Origin: Macrostomum lignano | Lineage: Eukaryota | Direction of reading: 5' to 3' | Assembly: GCA_002269645.1 (NCBI GenBank) | Contig: NIVC01001532.1 | Span: forward strand, 1 to 64,000 | DNA length: 64,000 nt | Part shown: positions 53,701 to 64,000 of the stretch, piece by piece | How positions within the stretch are numbered: the first letter of the stretch is position 1 | Layout: each line of letters begins with the position of its first letter | Notes under the pieces: generated by a model | What the model was told of the DNA's origin: nothing | What the model saw: the letters and a program-made list of their open reading frames with translations, nothing else | Database searches by the model: none | Made by a program: the position numbers and the translations under genes

Positions 53701-56700
53701 ACAGTTTCTTCTCAAAGCCCCGACACAGACTAATTAGCGTTCTCAAACCGAGCAGGTAACCCTCGTCGGGACTTCCTCTACAGCTATTGGCTGGCTCATT
53801 CGAGTCCTGGGCGGCAGGCACGGCAACTGCGTGCGTGAAGTCCACCATCTTCACCAGAACGTGTCGCCGATCCGCCTGCGCCAGAGCTTGCGGGCAGCAC
53901 TCGACGCCGAGTAGAATCGAGCTGGCGTAGAAGTGAAACAGGTCCTGCGCGTCGAACCAGGTTAATATGGCCTCCAGTTGAGCAATGATGAGGCGCAATA
54001 AACGGTGTCTGTGCTCGCGAGGCACACTGTCAATCAGTGGCGGAATCACCCGTTCATGCATGTTGTCGGGCGTGATCTCTTTACCGTAGCGTTTGTTGAA
54101 GCGTTCGTAGTATCCGTCTGAAATCATATTATTTAGTAGGCGATATGTATTGAAAACAATATTTTTGGTAGGCGATATGTATCGAAAACGATATTTCTGG
54201 TAGGCGATATGTATCGAAAAATATATTTCTAGTAGGCGATATGCATCGAAAACTATATTTCCAGTAGGCGATAAGTGGACGATATGTATCGAAAACAATA
54301 TTTCCAGTAGGCGATATGTATCGAAAACTATATTTCTAGTGAGGCGATATGTATAAGAAACAATGTTTCTAGTGGGCGATATGTATCGAAAACAATATTT
54401 CTGGTAGGCGATATGTATAAGAAACAATGTTTCTAGTGGGCAATATGCATCGAAAACTATATTTCTAGTGAGGCGATATGTATAAGAAACAATATTTCTA
54501 GTGGGAGATATGTATCGAAAACAATATTTCTGGTAGGCGATATGTATCGAAAACTATATTTCTAGTGGGCGATATGTATTGAAAAAGATATTCCTGATAA
54601 GCGATATGTAAGGAAGTTTTTCAGTTTCCTTTTCAGCAAAAATAGCAAATTACAAAAGTTCTCTCACCGGCAGCTTTCTCGGCTCGATTTCCGCCGTCGA
54701 CCTCGTCAAACCCGTTAGGCCCGTCTAGCTGGCCGGAACGCCAGACGCGGAGGCCGGTAACAAAAAATCCAATCTCGTGCCTGTAGGCATATTTGGCTAT
54801 TTCAGATTCGCGCTTCTCAGCCGAAGCGGTGGGCTCGTAGCTCCGAGCTCCCATCTTCACGTCCATAACCGAGGGCCTGGCGAATCCGCTAAGCAAGTCT
54901 TCCAATCGCATGTAGCGAGCCCCGGTCTCCGGGTGTCGATAGACGCCGTGAAACGCCGGCAGGAAGGGTCGCAATCCGTTTAATAAGTTTCTTCGACGCT
55001 CTGAACCAGGATCGCTGCCCACCGGGGCATTGGCGAACACGGCTTCGTAGAACTCCGCCTCTCGATTGCCTTTCGGTGGTGCTTGGATCGGCTTGTAGAC
55101 GCATTGTTCGTCCTGGCAGTAGAGAACTGGCGAACCGAAAAATGATTGCTTTGTTATGCGTTTTTCGATACATATCGGCTGACATATGCAAACTATAGGA
55201 TTGCAATTCTTCAAGCTTTTTAAATACTGGATAAGTCGAATTAGTTCTTTTTTGTTACTCATTTAACATAACTTTTTGTCTTAACTGTCAATATTTTTGT
55301 AAACTGTTATAACTTCTTTCGATACATGTCGGCAATGTAACTATTTTTAGCTCTAGATCAAACAAGAAATAATTTCGTGGTATTCGCTTTTGAGTGGCAA
55401 ACATTGACTAAGCCATTTAACGGACAGAAAGACCTGTTTATTATTGCGAGGATAATAATGAACGATTACTGATTAACAATTTGTGGGAGTTGCTAATAGT
55501 GCACATGATATTAAAAAGTAGTTTTAAATTAGCTTACATATAAGCAAAGTGTGATTTCAATAGTAATAGCTTAAACACGTGGACAAGTACTAAAACTTGA
55601 GTAATTTAATTAAAAAAAAGAAAATTAGGAAGTCAGGCACACAAATTTCGAAACCGTTTTTTTGATAAAAACTAATTCCAACGAAGTAACCCATACATAC
55701 TATTACTAACAGTAGTTTTGCTTTAGACACTAAATAGTCTAAAAATATCTGTCGGAACAGATAGTGCTCAGGCCACCACAGTTAATATCTTGCTGTATTG
55801 AGTAAGCACACGCACACACACGCACTTCACTACAAACCATAAAGTTTACACTGTACTAGGAGATATTTTGCCTCATTAGACCAACAAAAGCAAGGCTAAG
55901 TGAGAGGCACAGAGAGAGGGACGAGAGATTAGAAGAATGCTGATTAATTCTAAAAATCAGTTTAAATGTTATTGTTGATTCAACCTTACGAGCATTTTTG
56001 TAACTATTAATAGTGCGCATTAAATACTGCAAATTAAAAGTAGAAATTGAGATATTCGAATGCCACACATAAGCCAAGCCTAGCTTTGTTACACAGCAAA
56101 AAATAATTATAACTACTGACAGCAACCGACAGCTCAGCCGCAGCTATTGCTGAAGGCTGCATATGGCTGTTCAGTCCAAGGACTGGGGGGTCGCCACACA
56201 GCCTCAATTACCCCAGCTAATGCTGGCACCCATTTTACAGCTGGGTGAACTGAAGCAATGCAGAGTTAAGTGTCTTGCTCAAGGACACAAATTATTCCAG
56301 TGGGATCGAGAATCGAACCCCCGACCTTTCAGTCGCGAGTCCAACACTCTGACCACTAGGCTACACAGCAATGCTTATTGTATTGCAAGCCCACAATGCA
56401 TTCACAACCTATTTAATGCCTAAAAATATTGTTTTATAATGGGTTATATGTTGTGATGCTTTTCAACTAATATATATTATTGACAGTCGATTAGCAATCT
56501 ATTTCAAAACAGGCATATGTTATGCACCGCCATCGTACATCAAGGAAGCGGAGAGTCAGCAATATTGCAATACACCTGTAGCTCAAAACCACATTGAAAA
56601 TGAATCTTAGAAAATGAATAAAAATGTATATATTTATTTACAAATATTAATGCATTCATCAATTCATTTATTAGTTATTTTGCATTGAAAAACAAAGCAA

Positions 56701-59700
56701 AGCTTACTCCGAGGTTTCTGCTGATTCAGAATTGGGCCTAGAAAAAGTGATAAAACAATTTTTAAGAAAACAGTCTTCAAGTGTCAGAAGTAAGTGTCAA
56801 TATTTCTATAGATTATCATATGTGATTAAACATTTGACATAACTAGCTAACTATTAGCTACCTTGACCTGCATACTAACCATGGCCAACCTTGCTTAACT
56901 TAGCTTGCCTAGCAAGCACAAGTGCTTTTAAAAAGTAAAATTTCAAACATACACAAGAAGACATTTGTGATTTATATTGAAGAGTAAGAATAAAATAAAA
57001 ATTTGTATAAAATTAACTCACCACTTTTAGATGGAGTTGAGCAGCCATGTCCAGCAACCTGATGCTCATATCTAACAACATTGGCTGGCAATGGCAATTC
57101 AACTCTTTTCTGCATTAGGGATAAACTTGATTTTAGGATTATTCTTTGAACCAGGCTAATGGCTTTACAATTGTGTTATTAGTGAAATTCTTTATATACA
57201 CACTGAAAGCATTAAAATATTAATGAGTATAGATTTTTTATAAATGTGGGTAGTTTGCATTTTATAGATAGACATTGCCAGATAATTTTAATCAGGCTTA
57301 GCTATAAAAGAGGTCAAGCTAATTATAAGCAAGGATAAGATAGAATATTGTCTAATGTTGACCCTAATTGACTTTTATATACAAGTGTACAACAAATGGA
57401 TAAATGGAACATAAAACATTATCTAATTTTATGATATGTACAGGGCCCCTCCCAATTTCTTTATAAATATTGATCGTTAAGTGCAATTTGAAGTTGTACT
57501 AAAACTAAGAGACATGTTTTTGTTTTAATACACATATTTTTTATAATGTTTTACACGAATGAATTTTTGTTAAAACATATAATCATTTTTAGTATAAATA
57601 GAAGCAATTTTCAGCAGAGGAAGAGACAACCTTGCACATTGCGGTTTGATAACAAGACAGTTAATAGTGAATAGTAAGAGTTCCAAGTAAACATTATTAA
57701 AGATTGTTTTTCCAAGTTATTCATTTGCAGAAGAGAGGTGAAGTGGCAGAGAACACATACAGTATATACTACTGAGAAGTGAAAGTAGTAAGAGACTACA
57801 AAGTAGATCCTAAATTGATAGATCTGAAAGAATAACCAGAGGCTGTCACCCTCTGATCTTGATAACGCCCAGGACTTGGAAAGTGCAATATACTAGTATA
57901 TGTACATGCAATACATATACCACTAAGCCAATATACCACTCAGGCCAGAATAACAGTAAACACTACCAGAATAATAGTAAATGCTACTGGAATAACAGAA
58001 GAACGATACTTGTAAGGGCTAAATAGTATTCTAAGAACAATATACTCAGACAAATTCTCAAATATATACTCAGACAACTACTCAGATATACTCAGACTAA
58101 TTCTAAGAAACATTTCTCAGACTTATTCTAAGATTAATAAACTTATAATTTATTAATAGAATAGTATTGGTGGCAGCTACCAACATTATAACAATTTATA
58201 AAGACAGAAGTCAAGCCCTGTAACAACTTAGTGACAGCTGGGGAATCATTTTTAGGAACAGAAGTTACCCCTAGCACAGATATAATTTTGAAAGATTATT
58301 TATTTAATGCATTATATATCTCAAACAAGTTAAATAAAAAAATAAGATTGCACTTATTTTAACTTCTGCCAATATTCATATTCTATTGATTAAAAACTTT
58401 AATCTAGTTTAATTGCATATTAATATTGGCATATGCATATAGAGAGGTTAAAGACATACTAATATCTTTACAAATTAAGCATACTTATTGCTAAATTACT
58501 TTGCCTTAAATCACTATCAACTAAATTAGGCCTATACAAAAATATTTTTTATTTTAAACTAAAACAAGATTATAAAGTGAAAAAGCCTAATCAACAAATC
58601 TTACAAATAGTCCAAAATAGGCCTAGGGATGTTTTAAATGTAGGTCAATTAATTAGTTCTAATTTTTCAGTCTTTAATTTACCAAATTTTCTAAATGGCC
58701 CTAGGCCCAGACTTATAAATACCTTATTTGACTCTACTAACCTTGGCATAGACTATTCTAGGCCATAAACTAAGCCTGTCTTATTTCTGCAATTATAAAA
58801 GCCCTTTTTGTATTGCAACATTTCACAGTTTATATGTATATTATAACAAAATAAATATCTTGTTTTTACCTTTCCAACAACTTCCAATTACAAAAAATTA
58901 ATTTCTAATTTCTTTAAAATAGGCCCTAATACTAACACAATTAGTATTTTTTGTTGGCACTCTCTACCTTTTAACTGCTACCTTTTTCTTTAAGATATTA
59001 TCTTTTGTTACAAAAAGTGGAACATGCCTATTCCTATTTTCAAATTGCTTTATATACTACTTTTTGTATAATAAATATTTTTCTCAGATTCAAGCATGTT
59101 ATATATATATATATATATATATCAGTGAACTATGAAGGGCTAATTCATGCCAAAAAAATAATGCAAAAATTCATTTTCAAGTTCAAAGTATATCACTTTT
59201 TCTAATTTTTCATTTTTGGGCCACTTGTTCACAATCTCATTGAAGTGCCTATATATAGGGGCCTAGTTGTTTTGATAAATAGAACTTTAGCCAATTGGTT
59301 TTTATTAACACTAAACCAATGTTAAAATATACATAGTGGGAATAGGGTGACTACATACTGGACAAGCAGAATGCTGAATGAGGTATTACTGATAAGGAAT
59401 CTCTAAAGACAGTGTCCACCAACGAAAACAAGGCAAACTAAGCAAATGGTGTTATTTAGCATGATGGCTCACTCATAAGTCATCCTCTCTGTCTGTCTCT
59501 GTGCACAACTGTTGCTATTTAAATATAGGGCCTATTGTAATATTGCCAACCAATGTTATGTATTGTTGTATTATATTGCAATATAATAGTGTCATATTAA
59601 TTGCAATGAACAAGACGTTTTATAATAATGGTCATTGATTGTAATAAAAACTCTCTAACACAAATAACAGGTTAAACTGCTCCGGATTGCGAATGCTTCG

Positions 59701-59996
59701 TTAAAGCGTAAACAAAAGAACATGACGTCCTATTTTTTCTTTGAAAGTAATTAACTCGAATACTTACTTTTTTACTTGCAAGCATTCAAACAAATTAAAT
59801 CCAGAATGCTTAAAAAACCTTAGTCACATACTTACTTTCTAAGCTGAGACGAACTCTAGTTTAAATTTAGTAAAAAAGAGCATATACAGTAAGACTTAAA
59901 TTTAATCTTCTTGTATTCTCTATGTGTAACTATTGCAGAATGGACCCTGTGAAAAATGAGCTGGCGAAGCGAAACACTTACTTTGGTAGCAGACAT
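53681..59996 (-). CDS. IPMK: Inositol polyphosphate multikinase, 332 aa. Exons: 59996-59982, 57109-57022, 55126-54668, 54117-53681
   Basis: HQVAGH, KPIQAPPKGNREAEFY, PxxxDxKxG (PSVMDVKMG), FYASSILL and MVDFTH motifs. The two short 5' exons absent from the ORF track were found through GTAAGT/GTGAGT donors; the total of 999 nt is in frame. The MSATK first exon is less certain than the rest. Confidence 0.88.
54125..54610. repeat. ~32-nt minisatellite, IPMK last intron
   Basis: Unit AGGCGATATGTATCGAAAACAATATTTCTAGT. Confidence 0.93.
56122..56366 (-). mobile_element. Same SINE family, copy 3 (IPMK intron)
   Basis: Minus strand reads GTAGCCTAGTGGTCAGAG...GGGGGTTCGATTCTC...GTGTCCTTGAGCAAGACACTTAAC...CCCAGCTGTAAAATGGGTGCCAGC...GCTGAGCTGTCGGTTGC. 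Confidence 0.82.
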
Positions 59997-61864
<1,868 letters not shown>

Positions 61865-63202
61865 ATGCTTGCGTCTAAATCAGGCATTATAATTACCTTC
61901 TTCCTCGTTATTCTAGCGGCTCAAAGTATGATGGTCACGCCAACAACAACTACGGGTGGTACTACAGTCGAAGAGGAGCTGTTCCAGACAATCGACGAGA
62001 CAGAACCGATCACGGTGACATTCTCGCAGACTGACGTAGTTATCGAAGTTGGAGAACAGGCCCATCTATTCTTCCAATTATCTGGCCAATTCAGCAACTC
62101 AACCAAGGACGACTATCTGTACTTCACCTATCAGGTGGAGGCCGGCGAAGCGATCACCAGCAAGCAGCGAGTGCCAGTGATTGGCGATCTGGCTCGCGTC
62201 TGGCTTCCATCGACCAACGAAACCTATCACGCCATGCCATTCGTGATAGTCGGCCTGACGCCAGGTCACCTGATCATCGGTCTGAACTGCACCAATCCCG
62301 AGTTCGAGAATCGTCCCGACCGATTCGTTCGAATCCAAGTTATTCGCAGTCGATGGATCAACGTTATAAACTTCACTGTCGGTCTGTTGTACGTCTTCTG
62401 CTGGTCGGCGTCCTACTACCCGCAGACTTGGCTGAACTACACCAGAAAGTCTGTGGTCGGTTTAAATTTCGACTTTGTCGGCTTCAACATCATGGGCTTT
62501 ATTGTCTACAGCATCTTCAATGTCGGCCTGTACTGGGTGCCGCCATTGCAGGTGATGTATCACCAGCAGCATCCCCGAGGCGTCATCCCAGTGCAGCTGG
62601 CTGACTGCATCTTCGCCTTGCACTGCTTCGGCATCACCATATTCCAGGGCATTCAATGCTTTATTTATGAACGCGGCGGACAGAAACTCTCCATAATTGG
62701 CAGTCTGTTACTAGGCGGTATGGCGTCATTCCTATTAATCTGTCTGATACTAACCGCCGCCTGTGGAGCTACCTGCGGTCTCACCTGGCTACAGTTTATC
62801 TATTTTGCGTCCTACCTAAAACTCTTGATTACACTGGTTAAATACGTGCCGCAGGCTTATATGAACTACAGTCGAAAGTCCACCTGGGGTTGGTCCATTG
62901 GCCAGGTTTACCTGGATTTTTCTGGCGGCTTTCTCAGCATTGCCCAGATGCTTTTGCTGGCATATAACTATAATGACTGGGACTCGCTGCTAGGCGACCC
63001 AACCAAACTCGGTCTCGGCATTGTCTCCATTTTCTATAACATTCTGTTCTTCATGCAGCACTACTGCTTTTATGGGCCAAGCACTGGAGGCATTATAGTC
63101 ATCGATGGCGGCAGCGTGACCCACTCGGATGCCCGTGTCAACAGCAACAGCAACGCCTACCAAATGGAAAAATCCACCGACGAGAAGACAAGACTGCTGT
63201 GA
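61865..63202 (+). CDS. CTNS: Cystinosin (lysosomal cystine/H+ symporter, PQ-loop family), single exon, 445 aa
   Basis: Signal-like N-terminus, luminal domain with N-glycosylation sequons, two PQ loops (SYYPQTWLNYTRKSVVGLNFDF; KYVPQAYMNYSRKSTWGWSIG), GDPTKLGLG; AATAAA at ~63286. Confidence 0.93.
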   Translation: MLASKSGIIITFFLVILAAQSMMVTPTTTTGGTTVEEELFQTIDETEPITVTFSQTDVVIEVGEQAHLFFQLSGQFSNSTKDDYLYFTYQVEAGEAITSKQRVPVIGDLARVWLPSTNETYHAMPFVIVGLTPGHLIIGLNCTNPEFENRPDRFVRIQVIRSRWINVINFTVGLLYVFCWSASYYPQTWLNYTRKSVVGLNFDFVGFNIMGFIVYSIFNVGLYWVPPLQVMYHQQHPRGVIPVQLADCIFALHCFGITIFQGIQCFIYERGGQKLSIIGSLLLGGMASFLLICLILTAACGATCGLTWLQFIYFASYLKLLITLVKYVPQAYMNYSRKSTWGWSIGQVYLDFSGGFLSIAQMLLLAYNYNDWDSLLGDPTKLGLGIVSIFYNILFFMQHYCFYGPSTGGIIVIDGGSVTHSDARVNSNSNAYQMEKSTDEKTRLL

Positions 63203-63394
63203 GGGAAAAATAGCAGACCGACTAGTTTCTAACTTTGTTTCCCCGTCATCTTTTGGAGCATTTTTATACTGTTATTGAGAGAGCAATAAACCCGTAGTAA
63301 AAGGCCGTATAGTAGTAGAAATAGTATAGAAGAAAAGAAATGACTAGTTTTCACAAACCTTAACCGCTAGCATCCTCGACTCCATTCAATCCTT

Positions 63395-63660
63395 CATTGG
63401 CTACAGAGAGTTCACCATTCCATCGCGTACTCTCTACCCCTTCTCGCTCGTTCATTGGCTACAGAGAGTTCACCATTCCATCGCGTACTCTCTATCCCTT
63501 CTTGCTCGTTCATTGGCTACAGAGAGTTCACCATTCCATCGCGTACTCTCTACCCCTTCTCGCTCATTCATTGGCTACAGAGAGTTCACCATTCCATCGC
63601 GTACTCTCTATCCCTTCTTGCTCGTTCATTGGCTACAGAGAGTTCATCATTCCATCCATC
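63395..63660. repeat. 58-nt tandem repeat, ~4.5 copies, downstream of CTNS
   Basis: Unit CATTGGCTACAGAGAGTTCACCATTCCATCGCGTACTCTCTA[C/T]CCCTTCT...GCTCGTT. Confidence 0.93.
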
Positions 63661-64000
63661 TTACACTCTCCACTTCAGCTCTCTCTCTGATTGGCTAAAA
63701 AGACTCGATCAGTTTTTTTTCTCAAATATTTCTGTCCTTACTTGCTCGCTGATTAGCTATTGAAATTTGACCGTTTCTAAACTCGAAAATAATATTTTTA
63801 CTGCTTAGAAGAAAACAAAAAAATATTTCGCAGTCTATCAAATTTCATTATTAAAAAAGCATCAATAAAGATGATATTCTACTTTTTTGTTAGTTCGGTT
63901 CGTTTAGAAACCAAAATATATAGTATTTTTTGTTATATTTTTGTCCCAAATTGGCTGGAAATTGTGTTTTACCGTTTTTGTTTACTTGCAAAGAAGATAC

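Overview
Eukaryotic (invertebrate metazoan) genomic DNA. The AT-rich spacers, Q/S/A-rich proteins and tandem-repeat-filled introns resemble a Macrostomum-like flatworm, but that is inference and the species cannot be confirmed from sequence alone. Seven protein-coding genes can be reconstructed by joining exons across GT-AG introns: RNF123/KPC1 (+, 5'-truncated), MOSPD2-like (+), YTHDC2-like helicase (+), two convergent paralogues with a Syntaxin-6 N-terminal domain and TM anchor but no SNARE motif (+/-), IPMK (-) and intronless cystinosin (+). Most long ORFs in the supplied track are artefacts of about 30 micro/minisatellite arrays, and nearly every large intron carries its own array. Other elements are three copies of a tRNA-derived CORE-type SINE and two foldback (MITE-like) elements. 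The main leads are: (1) two paralogous intronic box C/D snoRNA candidates in RNF123 with an 18S rRNA guide; (2) a YTH domain that has lost its m6A cage in a gene whose 8 introns are all phase 0; (3) the SNARE-less syntaxin-6-like pair; (4) neighbouring minisatellites sharing cores in inverted orientation around exons; (5) minisatellites built from motifs matching RFX X-boxes, Pol III B-boxes, branch-point/STAR elements and let-7 seed sites. All homology calls come from recalled family motifs; no database search was run.
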